A DNA stretch of 64,000 nt from Callorhinchus milii. Taxonomy: Eukaryota. Position 1 is the first letter of the stretch, and each line of letters opens with the position of its first letter. Shown here one piece after another: positions 38,210-50,410 of the stretch. The notes under the pieces were generated by a model. It was not told where the DNA came from. It did no database searches and saw only the letters and a program-made list of their open reading frames with translations. The stretch is from contig NW_024704742.1 of assembly GCF_018977255.1 (NCBI RefSeq), positions 58,654,001 through 58,718,000 of the forward strand, read 5' to 3'. The position numbers and the translations under genes were made by a program.

Positions 38210-38590
38210 CAATAATAATAATCTTTGCATTTCATATAGCGCCTTATCACTTCTTTGAGATGTCTTAAAGCGCTTCACAGAATATACTGTAAAGTGAATT
38301 GACTGAATATTTTGTGGGTGAAATGCAACAGCCAATTGCGCACAGCAGTGTTCCACAAACAGTCATGGATTGAGTGACTATTTAAATTTATTTTATTTAT
38401 TTTTTTGAAGGAATTATTACCCCCTGAAAAGCGATCCGCCAATCGACTAACAACCAGGTTCCTACTTACTGCTGGGTAAACAGCTGTGTGTGGAGTAAGC
38501 AAACTTGCCCAACATTTTGCCCTGTCAGGAAATGAGCCCAGTTCTCTAGTTTGTGAGGCAAGTGCTCTAACCATTGAGCTATAGGACCTC
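38210..38590 (-). mobile_element. Intermediate-subfamily SINE, full length
   Basis: Reverse complement gives tRNA head, GTTGTTAGTCGATTGGCGGATCGC segment, Deu segment and ATT tail. Confidence 0.92.
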
Positions 38591-40259
38591 ATAACAATAA
38601 CAACAATATATCATTTATATAGCGCCTTTCATGTCGGGAGGAGGTCCCAAGGCGCTGGACAGTTGAGGGTTTGCACCCAAGTTTCACCCACAAAATACAC
38701 AGCCAACTTGCTTTGCAGTGTATTCTGTGAAGCGCTTTTAGACTCACAAAGACATGATAAAGCGCTATATCAAATGCAAGGATTATTATTATAAATTGGT
38801 GGTTGGATTAGAGGGGCGAGGTGGTGGGGGCGGGAACTGGGGTCCAAGGGAGGTGGGGATGATGGGGAAAGATGACTGAAGGCGTAGTCAATGAGGAAGG
38901 TCATGAGAAAGACTTGAGACGGCTTGAAATTATCACTGTCTCACAATGTCATACAATACAAAATAATTTACTAATAAACACCTTTTACATTGGAAGGACG
39001 TATCAAAACGCTGCTAGTATCAAATAACTATATGCCATCAAGCTATACTTCCACACACGCCACAATGAGGAATTGCTGTTGAACAAAGCAAAACTTTATT
39101 GTTTCTATTTTGGGGGGAAAAAACACTAAGGATGACGATAGTTCAAGTTCAGGTTTGATGGAAACAGCTACAAGAGCAACATGACAGAGGTTCCTATGCT
39201 GTGGAAATCTACAATTCTGCCAAATGTTCACAAACTGTACTGTTATTTAAGACAAGCTTAATATTACCAACAATAATGACAAATTATATTTGTAAAGCGC
39301 CTTTGACGTCGGGGGGACAGTCAAGGATTAGGCCCCAGGCTGGGAGTTGGGATCAGGATGGGTGGAGGGCAGGGAGGTTAGGGGTAGGATAGGATTACCT
39401 TCCCTGACCTATCACCCAGATTAGGGGCCCATACAATCATAATGCAATACCTTGCACTTCCATGCAGTTAAACATCTCAAAGCGGTTTAGTTATGGAGTG
39501 TAGGAGTATTAACATGGGGTGGGGGGTGCCTTGGAAATGATGAACACATCTGGATTTTGAACTCACATGGGCTGAACTGACACTCCAATACAATGCTGAG
39601 GGTTGAGGTGAGGGGCTGTCCTTCAGATGACAGGTTAAACTGTCTGGTCAGATGGGTGTTAAATTGTGCCATCTGTCCCACAGCAAGCAATGACCAGGTT
39701 CAGTCCTGGAATCTAAAGCCTAGGTAGAAGTCATGAGGTCAGATGATCCTCTGTCTGTCTGTTATTTTAAGTGTTGCTGTTGCTTGTGGAACTATCATTT
39801 TAATAGCAGCATCTGTGTTTCTCCTGAATGGGTGTGTATGTTAGGTCTAAGTTGCAGCGTTAACTAGAGAGTTGGACCTTCAAAAAGGAGAAATCAATTC
39901 ATTCGGAAACATTGTACTTTGCCAAACTATTGTTATAACTTCAGCCTTATCTATCTCTGCTCCCAGCACACATATATAAAGCTGAGTCCAGCTTTCAGAA
40001 GGAGACTGAACTAATTTACTTAAGACACTCAATTTGAATTAGACAACATAGCCACACATCTAAGTCTCAAGAGAACAAGACAAAAGCTTGATTCAGCAAA
40101 ATTCCCTTGTGCTTTGCTGCACAGATAAAAAGCCAGGATAATTGTCATCTTCGTCCAAGACTATCAAACATTTAAAAAAAGACTGGGCTTTGAGTCACCT
40201 TCAAACATTCCGCTTTAGCAGCCTAAATAATAATGATAATAATAATAAAAAAAAGAGCT

Positions 40260-40530
40260 GGGAACAATCAAATGCCAATTGAAGTTAATTAGAGGCGCTG
40301 CTGTTTTATGGCTGTGGACTTGCAAAGGTCTAACAGTGGGGAGCGTGGCCTGTTAGAGAGCCTATTAGTGATGCATACATGCAGCAGGTGCTCTTGGATT
40401 TACCACTCGCCTGGGGCCAGGGGGAAATAAAAGGAATAAAAACCTGAATTAACTAAACAGGTAAAGAGTAGCTGACAGGCATTTTTACCAGTGGTTGCTT
40501 AGCCTTCTTTTAATCTGTGATTAATATTCT
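40260..40530. promoter_or_regulatory. Candidate developmental enhancer or conserved non-coding element
   Basis: Repeat-free; TAATTA, TTTTATGG (HOX-like), TGACAG (MEIS-like), CAGGTG. Confidence 0.25.
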
Positions 40531-40739
40531 GATTTTAAGTTATCAACAACAACAGTTTACGTTTATAAACACCTTTCATGTCGGGAGGCTGGCTATTGTT
40601 AACATTCCTTTGGTGCTGATTGAAGGGGTCCAGTCAAAATTTGTGGTTGCGTAAAATATATTGGAATTGACCCACAAGATCAACAGAGATATCTGAAAAT
40701 AGTGCTGGCCATTTGAACAATGGATACTCTGTTAAACTT

Positions 40740-41010
40740 TCTAAATTTAGTACATTGGTGGGGGCAGAACATTAAAGGCCGAACAAGAACAGTTATAACT
40801 GAGGTTAGAAAGTTTTTCTTCTTCACCGAGCGGGTTGTGAATATGTGGGACATTCTGCCCCAGAAAGTTGTAGAGGTGAAATCAATAGGGTTATTCAAAA
40901 GAGACACAAATACTTGGGTAGAAGACGTATTAGGAGGTAAGAAGAAAGGGGGAATTTGGATTGAAAGACCTGCCAGAATCCTCTTGTTCCTATTGTCTGA
41001 TGTTCCTAGT
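40740..41010 (+). mobile_element. CR1 3' fragment
   Basis: EVRKFFFFTERVVNMWDILPQKVVE (CR1 ORF2 C-terminus). Confidence 0.85.
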
Positions 41011-41971
41011 TCAGTTTTTAATGATGCTTTTTGCAGCAATTGGACATCCTTGAGAACAGTTAAAGGACCATTTTTAATGTTATCAAAGAGCCATTTAGTC
41101 TGCCATATTTTTGGCAGACTAACTGGCTCTTTGATAACATTAAAAGTGGTGCTTAGTTGTACAGCATGTGAACTTAGCCCTTGACTGAAGGAGCTCAACA
41201 TATATAAATTAGACTTTGTTTTCTGAATTATTCTTTGTCTGCAAGAGATATCCCAGAGCTTTTACCATTCTCAAGCAGGAATTAGTCAGTGCATTTTTAT
41301 CTTGTAAGATAAAGTGGTACTGTTGGGGAAATGAAGCGATACCCAAACATTGTCTAAAAAGAAAAAATCCACACAGTTGGTCGGACTGTTTGCCATTCAC
41401 TAATAGTACATCTGCTACAATGGCTTGGAGGTGAAAAGTAAATACAAAGCAGTCAGATCTATGAGAACAAATGTGTTTTACATTTAGATTTTTATTCTAA
41501 TGTGCTTAGCATATGGAAGACATCATTCACCTGAATTTTTTTGAAAGTTCAAATTTTCCCCCTTTCACCTCCAGTGGAGATGGCTGCTCATTCTGGGGCA
41601 CTGTTTGCTGAGAAGAAGCAGCCGTTCTGACACTCAATAAACCTTCATCTTTGAGACTGGATACCAAGCATTGTGAGGTGATTTTATTATCCTCTCTTTA
41701 CCTCAGGAACAATTAAGTCAATTGTGGTGGTGCTCCCTGTCTCTCTCTCTTTCTCTCTCCCTTTCTCCCCCCCCCCCCCACCCATTCTGACTGAGATAAA
41801 AACAATCCTTCCATTTGATATAGCGCTTTTCATGTCAGGAGGATGCCTCAAAGTGCTACACAGGATTTAGTGTAAAGTGTAGTGACTGTATATCTTGTAG
41901 GCAAGCACGACAGCCAGTCTGTACACTGTAACATACCGTAAATATCCATGAAGTGAATGATCAATTTATTC

Positions 41972-42289
41972 GGAGTCCTGTAGCTCAGTGGTTAGAGCAC
42001 TCGCTTTGCAAGCGAGAGACCTGAGTTCAATTCCAGGCACAGGGCGAAACCTTGGGCAAGTTTCCTTACTCCACACACCTAATAATAATCCCTCCAAAAC
42101 CCCCCAAAATAATAAATTGGTCATTTTCAATCTACGACTGTTTGTGGGACATTGCTGTGCGCAATTGGCTGCCGCGTTCGCCCACAAATATACAGTCAAT
42201 TCACTTTACAGTGTGTTCTGTGAAGTGCTTTGGGACGTCCTCCCGATGTGAAAAGCGCTATATCAAATGCAAGGGTTATTATTATTATT
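41972..42289 (+). mobile_element. Young tRNA(Ala)-headed SINE, full length, nested in an antisense old SINE
   Basis: A and B boxes present; TSD TTATTC at 41966-41971 and 42285-42290. Confidence 0.96.
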
Positions 42290-42339
42290 CTGGGAGATTG
42301 TTGGCCAGGACACTTCTCTTTTTGAATGGTATCTTGGAA

Positions 42340-42678
42340 TTGACAATGCAATACAGTAATGGGGGAAGCATTATATTGTCATAAGTGTTGTCCTTCAGAT
42401 GAAACAATAAACTGAAGTTCCATCTGTCCTTGTGGATGTCAAAAGATCCCATGGCACAAGTTGTAAAGAAGTTTCTCCTGATGCCCTGGATAACAATTCC
42501 CCAAATAAAATTGGGCATTCGATCTATGACTGTGGGACATCGTTGAGTACAAATTGGCTGCTGTGATCACCCACAAAACACACGCAGTCACCACACTTTA
42601 CAGTGTATCCTACGAAGCAGTTTGAAACATCGAGGACAGGATAAGTCACCATATCAAATGCAAGGATTATTAGATTAT
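42340..42678 (+). mobile_element. Old Deu-type SINE
   Basis: GTCCTTCAGATGA..GGATGTCAAAAGATCCCATGGCAC..tail. Confidence 0.8.
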
Positions 42679-43699
42679 TTCTTGTTATATATTTATCATC
42701 TATCTGAACAAGTCGTCTGCCTCGGTTTAACGTCTCAACTCAAGGATGGCACCTCCGACAATCCAGCACTACCCCAGGACTGTCAGCATAGATGGTGAGC
42801 TCAAAATCTGAAGCGTGCAAGCCAAGAAATCAGGCTGACGCAAAAATGTGCATTGGATGGGAGGTGGAGTAAAGATGGTCTTAACCATCCTAACTTTGGC
42901 ATTTGAGTGTAATACAATATATGAGAATTAGTGCAACTTTAAGAGAAGTAACCAGTTCATTTAGTTTTAACCCTGTGTTTACTGCAGCAGGATCTCATTG
43001 GAATGCAATATGAATTGTTGTCAGCAAGGAATTTAGTTTTGAGAGAAGCTGTTGGAAATAAATCATTATTTTTTGTTTCCATAAGAATTGTATTTGGTGG
43101 TTACGGAGTCTCTCTAATGTATATCCGTCCCAAAATAATGAGAGTGCAAAATAAAAGTAACCAGAGCTGTCTGGGAAGGAAAAGTCTGGGAATGTTTCCG
43201 AGGGAGCAGGCAAGAGATTACCTTGATCCTTTGAGCTCAGAAAAGTGAACAGTACATGGAACGATTTGGGCAATGGTCATCTGCAAAGCCACTGGAGGAC
43301 AACGAGAGAATTGGTGTATTTTTATCTGTGACTGGAGCACAGGCTTACGGATTACTGAAGAATTACATTGCAAATGGAGAAACCCGGCAAAAAGGTTTGT
43401 ACACAGTTAACACAAAATTCTGAAACAGAGAGAGAGAGAGAGAGGTCTGGATATAAGTTGTCGATTAAAGCTGGGTGTATTCATCAAAAAATATCTACCA
43501 TGACTATCAGGACTGGCAAACATAGAAAAAGGGTTGGGAGGAGACAAAGAGGAATTTAAACCATACTTTCACTGTGGGTGGTAAACACAGGCAGCATTGT
43601 GTTTCATGTGAGCTAAGAAAATGTTAACAGTCACAACAAATGGGGGCATATTAATCCTTACAGTTGATGTACTGCCTATTACATCAAATCCACTTAGAG

Positions 43700-44025
43700 G
43701 TTTACTGTTAAAGCAAGGATGGCAACTGTATATTTGTAAGCAAATGCAGCAGCCAATTTGTACATAGCAACAGCCCACAAATAGCTATAAAGTGAATATG
43801 CCATTTTATCTGGACAAAACTCTTCTTTTTTATATTCATACCATGGGATCTTTAAGATTCACCTGACCAAGCAGACAGGATCTTGGTTTACTGTCTCATC
43901 CATAGGATGGCACCTCTGACAATGCAATGCACTGGTGTCAGCCAAGGCAACAAGCTGAAAATCCAGATGTGGGGCTTCAACCTATGACCTTCTGGACAGG
44001 ATCAAGAATGATACCAATTGAGCCA
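43700..44025 (-). mobile_element. Old Deu-type SINE
   Basis: GCAGCCAATTTGTACATAGCAA..CCATGGGATCTTTAA..GGCACCTCTGACAATGCA. Confidence 0.8.
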
Positions 44026-44981
44026 GACAGACCTGACAATTTGAAAGATGCACAAGTCAAAATAACAGAAGTAAACAAAGAAGTTGAGCCAATTTGTAGA
44101 TGAGCGATTTTGATTTCCTGTGCAGAATTAGGGTGTGCCGAAAGGAAACGTATTTAAATTGCATGCACGCAGAGCACTACATATATTTGTGCTTTTCCTT
44201 GCATCTACCCATGAGGAGGTTAGCTAGTTGTTAGCATGATGTCACCTAGATTCTGAAACTGGAGAGACATCCTCCTTCTGCAATTTGTTGCATAGATTTT
44301 CATCATCCTGAAATATTTATAATATAAGCTGACCTGCATCTGCTTGCCTGAATCAGTACAAGTTTATGTTTTATAAATATTAAAAGGGTCAGTTCCAATC
44401 ACTTCTCATTATTGTCTACGGGCTCTGCTCACTGAATACATGTGATGAGATCTTGCTACCTTTTGTTTTTTATGTAAATACCTTAGACTATTGTATTACC
44501 ATTTTACTAAATATTCATTGAAGGAAACAGTTGGGAACAAATTGAGCTGCAGTTTCTCTAATGCCAAATGTTTGGACTGAATTAAATAAAAACAACAGAG
44601 GCTTATTCTCCGCTTGTTAGTAAGTCCAGACAGCGAGCATTACCTTATTTTCAACTGCTGTCAATATACCAGCCTTAGTGCTGAGCGTGTGTTATTTTCT
44701 GTTTTGTCGATAGCTTCCCATTATAAGCTCACCACCTCCGAGGTGAGTAAATTTACTGACAAATGGAAAATAGGGCAGATATAAGGTATGTTACCTATGC
44801 CCCAGCACGTCAGTCTAATCTGCTGCTACCCCACTGTTCCGCTTGCCTCCAAGTTGGCTAACTTGGACTTCCTGTGCATCTCCCAACAGACGCATCCAAG
44901 CTTTTCAGTTCTATGGCCCAAACCTCTGGAACTTCCTCCTTCGACCACTCTGTCTCACCTCCTCTCCATTTTTTTCCCGGT

Positions 44982-45080
44982 CAGCCAGGTGTCTGACACA
45001 TGTGGAAACCCATCACCATGCTTAAGAGTATCCAAACCAAACTGAGATTTCCCTGCATCGCACCTACACGTGGAAATATT
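44982..45080 (-). repeat. Second copy of the unclassified repeat at 1068-1165
   Basis: Reverse complement contains ATTTCCACGTGTA, CTCAGTTTGGTTTGG, GGGTTTCCACATGTGTCAGACACC. Confidence 0.7.
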
Positions 45081-45094
45081 TTTCTAACAATTCA

Positions 45095-45778
45095 GAGATG
45101 GGCCATTCAGCCCCTTGAGCCTGTTCCACCATTCTATAAAATAATGGCTGATCTATACCTCAACTTCAATTACCTGCCCTTGCCCTGTATACCTTGATAC
45201 CCTGACTTAACAAATATCTATCCACCTCAGTCTTGAAAATGTGAATGGATCCAGGATTCCCAGCCATTTCAGGGAGAGAGTTCCAGATTTCCACTACCTT
45301 TTGGGTGAAAAACTGCCTCCTAATTTGACTCCTAAATGGCCTAGCTCTAATTATAAGATTATGCCCCCTTGTTCTGGATTCCTCCATCAGATCTGCCCTA
45401 TCGAATCCTTTCTTATTTTAAAAACCTCAAGCAGATGACACCTCACCTTCTAAACTCAAGGGAATAGAGATCAAGTTTATGTAACTTGTCCTCATAATTT
45501 AACCTTTACGCCCTGGTATCATTCTGGTGAATCTGCGCTGCATCCCCTCCAGAGTCAATATAGCCTTCCTGAGGTGTGGTGCCCAAACCTGAACGTACTA
45601 CTCCAGATGGGGTCTGACCAAGGCTCTATACAGTTTCTCACCATTTAGAAAATATTCTGTTTTGCTATTTTTGGATCCATGGTGGATGACCTCACACTTC
45701 CCCACATTGAATTCCATCTGCCACAGTTTACCCAATCACTTAATCTGTCTAAGTCCCTTTGTAACTTTGTTTTCCCTT
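45095..45778 (-). mobile_element. CR1 LINE 3' fragment with internal deletions
   Basis: ESRTRGHNLIIRARPFRSQIRRQFFTQKVVEIWNSLP; GGCCATTCAGCCCC 3' UTR. Confidence 0.92.
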
Positions 45779-46914
45779 TGATGGAATGGAATGCCCACTC
45801 TCTCCCTGGAGGGACGCATCCTGCTTACCTAATTCCGGAAAGTATTAGGAGCAGGTTGGCAATATCCTCTTCATCTGTCTTCAAGTTCTGCCTTAAATCC
45901 TGCCTCTTCATCAGCGCCTATGGGCCCTCACTCCCTTCCCCCCCCACTGCGTGTCAATCCCCACCACTGTCAAGCGCTCTGAGACATATTTTATGTAAAG
46001 GCTGCTATATAAATGCAAGTTATTCATGTTGCTGTAATTATCACACCGCTCAGCACATTGCTGCATCTGATATAGTATCTGTAACGTCAACATGTTTCAA
46101 AGTGCTTTCTCAGGGAAGTGCTGGGAAGTGTGGTGACTGCATATTTGTAGGCGTCACAAATATGGACGTAAAACAAAAATCATTGACATGGTTGCTACCT
46201 TTGTTAACGTTTAAAATGTCACCCATTCCAGGGGAAATTCATCTCTCATTGCTTCAGATATTTACCCATTTTCATACAATGAGATGCTGAAATAAAACCA
46301 GCACAACTAGTAAAGCTGTTTCAGCTATGGTATATTATTGTCACATCAACGCAAAAATCTAAAATAAAATATTTACCTAGTTTTGATTGAATATGGTGGA
46401 AAAAACCTTTTCAATTTGTCCTTAATTTTACTATTGCTTTTTCTCACTCTCTCTATCTGTCCTATTTCTCTCATTTATGAGATGATGATTGGGACTTGCA
46501 TTGTGTTAACTATCATTGGACTTATTGGACTATTGATAAATATAACCAGTAAGGTCAGCAGATGTTTGTAGGTAGTCAATATTGAGAGACTGCCTGTGGG
46601 TCTGACTCTCCCCCCTGCCCCCTGACTCTGTCTTAATGGTTGGTGGGCTGAAGCTCATCTGTGCTGTGGTATTATACTTCTGGCCTGTGGATTTTACTAT
46701 TGAAAGCACCAGTTGATAGATTACTGACTTACTTTAACTGTGATGCTCTGTATAGTATTTATAATAACACTTACATTTGATATAATGCCTTTCACGCTGG
46801 GAGGATGTCTCAAAGAATTCCACAGGATATAAAGTGTAGTGACTGTGCATTATGCAGGAGTAGGCAGCATAACAGCCAGCACTCACTGTTCAGGTTTGTT
46901 TGTGGATGAGGTAC

Positions 46915-47230
46915 ATCGGAGCCTAGATGAGTGCAAACTTCCCGCAGCTGAATGTGGATAAGACAGAAGCCATATTCCTCGGCTCGCATGAAAACCTTCA
47001 CTCCTGCGGATCTAAACTCCTCAACCTCAGCCACTACGCCCCAAAACTCTGGAACACTCTCCCTCAATCCCTCTGCCTCTTGCTTTCTCTCCCCTTTTTC
47101 AAGTCCAGCCTGAAAACCTTCCTCTTCGACCATGCTTACGTCCACCCCCCCGGCTCAGAATCTGTCTCCGCCACTGTTAAGTGCTCTGCGTGGAGGGTGC
47201 TATATAAGTGCAATTTGTTGTTGTTGTTGT
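46915..47230 (+). mobile_element. L2 3' fragment with a large internal deletion
   Basis: WMSANFPQLNVDKTEAI fused directly to SHYAPKLWNTLP..KTFLFDHA; (GTT)n tail. Confidence 0.9.
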
Positions 47231-48599
47231 AGGGGATGCCGGACACCCCCAGGGTGAGTTGACACCTTCGGGTAAAAAAAGAGCCTCAGAGATGCTGCTA
47301 GTGTATTTGACTTGTTGAGAACGTGTTTTATAGACTTTTTTTTATTAAGTCAATTGAAAGTTTAGACTTGGAATACAGACCTTGTTGCTTTATAGATAAG
47401 TCCAACATTCAACATACTTTATGTGCCAAACAAGTCATAGGCTGCTGAGTGAGCAAACCAAATTCAGACACTGCAAATCGATTCCTTCAAACATTCTGAG
47501 GGTTGACCACCAAGACATATTGATACCCAAAACCTTCAGTTTTAGCAAAATTTGGTGTGATTCTATACTCTTAGCTGCACACATGTAGAGGTCTCAGCTG
47601 TAGGAGGAGGGGCCAATGAGTTTTACTAATGCAGCATCTCATTCTGATTGACTCTATAAACTAGGCATAAAAGTGTTTGGCAAACCTTTTAACAGCTGCG
47701 CAAATTCGATGTGAGAAGGTAAGTCACATTGAAATCCATCATCGAATGCACTTGACCCTCTGACATGCTTGAAACATGGTTCTTTTAGGACCTCCTGCCC
47801 TTCTCCCACTCCCCTCCCCCTCACCCCACCCCCCCCCACACACACATAAAACTAGTCAGCTGAAGGAAAGACCCTTTCCTGAAGATGGTGCCCTTGTATC
47901 TGTTCCAGCGCTGCTCCTGCCTTCCTCTCACGGAGCTGAGTTAAAATTCCTGCTTATTCATTTGAAAATAAAATGCTACTGTTCAATTTCTCCGGCAATC
48001 TTTGCCCGCACAACTGCTGGTCATTTCTGGGTTTACAAGTCTGTTTTGAGAAAGTAGCTACCTCACAGAAAATACAAGCTGCCCATTAGAAACTGGACAT
48101 TTCTACTATGTGCTGGTGCTGACAAAATACAGTATATATCAATGAAGTCTGCTTCATTCCTAGAGAGCTAAAAGGAAAATGCACAAATGTAACTCCTCTG
48201 TATAATTAGATAAGTGGTTGCAAATTCATAAACGTACAGACTTCCCTCTGCAGCAGTTATTTCTCTGCAACTTCTCAAGAGAACTCGCAGATGTGATCTT
48301 GATCTTCTCATTTGTGGTACACTGGGTTCACACTGGATAAGAATGCATTGATGGCTCAGTAAGTAAAGACACTGCAGAGCATGTAATTGAACCATAAAAA
48401 CAAGATTTTTTTTCAATCCATGAGTTGATCTCAGTTGGAGCAATTGTAAGGGTATGACAATTGACCTCTATGTTTCTGAACTAGGGAATACAAAAAATAG
48501 CCCTGTATCCCTTCTCCTAATTACAATTATATGGATCCCTCTTGGAAATTGTGTGTGCACGTCTGTATGCGTTTGCAAGCGTACATGTGCGTGGACAAA

Positions 48600-48755
48600 A
48601 TTAGGTTTGGTTGTGATGCACCCATTACAGCCTGCTGACACACTGCCATGGTTAAAGACGAATAATGGCCACTTGTCAAAGTACTGAGAATGTTTGGGGT
48701 CTGTAGAACCATACCTCAGCATAAATCAGTGCCCTCAGAACAGGAGTAGAGAAAA
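48600..48755 (+). mobile_element. Ancient SINE-like repeat fragment (second family)
   Basis: Similarity to 29040-29218 and 49825-49895. Confidence 0.45.
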
Positions 48756-50325
48756 TGTGAGTTGTGTTTTTTAGCACCGAGATTTACAAGAGAAATACAC
48801 AAATAATTAAGTTGTGTTTTTCTTTAAAGGAAAATCAAAGAATAAGACACTGTATGTTAAATTCCTGCCTGGGTATTTTAAAAGCTAAAGTAATCCTCAT
48901 TAATCTCAATGGCAATCTGTCCTACTCTAAACTATTCTGTTATAACAAGGGTAGCTTTTATTCAGGAATACAGTTTTACATTTGTACAATCCACATTTAA
49001 ACAGCAGATTAATGGGTCTGCTTGGTCTCACTTTTCACCTCTGCAAATGCTAAGCTGTTCAATCTCAAATAAAACAGGATAACGGGGTCACAAATGATTT
49101 TTTTCAGTTTCTGATAGCACAGAACCTATAATGCAAAGGAAACTCCTTTTCAATATGGCTGTCTGAGTTCTACGTATGAAGCATTCTTTCCTTTCCTTCT
49201 ATTTTAAAATCTTTTCAGTTTCCAGATTCCCCACTCCCCTTTTTATTTCTTTAGGATTGGTATTTGTTAATCTTGGTTCTCCGAAAGTAATTAAAATAAA
49301 ATATCCAGAGCAGATTAATTGCACTCTCCGCCACCCCTCGTCTGTTTCATTGTACTTACACCAGTCCAGGTCCCTGGGATCACTTGAAATTTATTATCCT
49401 GGAAGTTAGCCAATATTTTTAAATGCATTCCTCCCCTCCCATCCCTAGTGTTCTTACTCCAACTTCCACTGTCAAACCTATCACCCTTCCTTCTCCTGTT
49501 GCTTATTTGCCAATTATTATGATTCAGTCTGTGATGGTGTAAGTGGTCATGACAAATGGATGTATGTTCTCCAAATGTCAAGTCATGCAGTTTCATATTT
49601 TATATGAAAGCGGACTTTAACCACCCATTGGTGGCTCAACTGGTTCAACCACTGTCTGGAACCTGAACGATAGACACTGACGATCTCAGGCCTGATTGCT
49701 GGTCTGTACTGACTAAGATGATAATAATAATGATCCATGCATTTGATATTATCTTCGAGATGTCTCAAAGCGCTTCACAGAATATACTGTAAAGTGAATT
49801 GACTATATTTTGTGGGCGAAAGACTGCTCACTTGGACAAGATAGAGGAGGGATGACAGCACCTATGAACTGTAACTCACTCCAAGTCAGTGCCTTACATA
49901 GAATTACACAGAATGTCAGACCACAGAAACAGGGCACTCAGTCAAACTAGTCGGTGCTATGCTGTTCATAGTCCATATGAGGCTTCACCCTATACCACTT
50001 GATTTTCTAAGGAGAAGGGAAAGACAATTGAAGGGGGAAAATAAAAATGCAAGACAATCATTATTGTTATTCCCTAGATCTGGGTTTCCACAGTCTCCAG
50101 ATACAGCTCTTACATTTGCTCCTCAGCCTCATTTATTATTTGGTTTCAACAGACAGTTTAGGTTTACCTGTTCCAAGAATACTGTATATGCAATCGTGTC
50201 CAGGAAGATGAAGAGGGTGGGCAGTGTTGGCAAATGCATGAGGGAATTGAAAGAAGCAATTGAGACTTTAGAGAGTCATCTCGTGTTTATTTTCAAACTT
50301 TACTATCATCCAGATCGTAATATAA

Positions 50326-50410
50326 TAATCCTTACATTTTATATAATGTCTTATTAGTAATAAGACACTATATAAAATGTAAAGATTAGTAGTAATAAGA
50401 CACTATATAA
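50326..50410. repeat. 31-bp-arm palindrome plus 21-bp direct duplication, derived from a SINE tail
   Basis: Arms 50326-50356 and 50358-50388 (2 mismatches, 1-nt spacer); TAGTAATAAGACACTATATAA at 50355 and 50390. Confidence 0.92.

Noticed and set aside
41972..42045. tRNA-Ala(TGC)-like genes (also at 20766, 31296, 52583, 55912, 61330)
   Set aside because: Each continues into a SINE body and lacks a proper acceptor stem, so these are SINE heads, not tRNA genes.
45679..46290. 203-aa ORF
   Set aside because: It runs across antisense CR1, an L2 tail and a SINE remnant; a chance chimera with no protein motif.
46383..46740. Hydrophobic 62-aa ORF or possible solo LTR
   Set aside because: T-rich sequence explains the hydrophobicity; no TG..CA termini with a TSD and no second copy could be defined.
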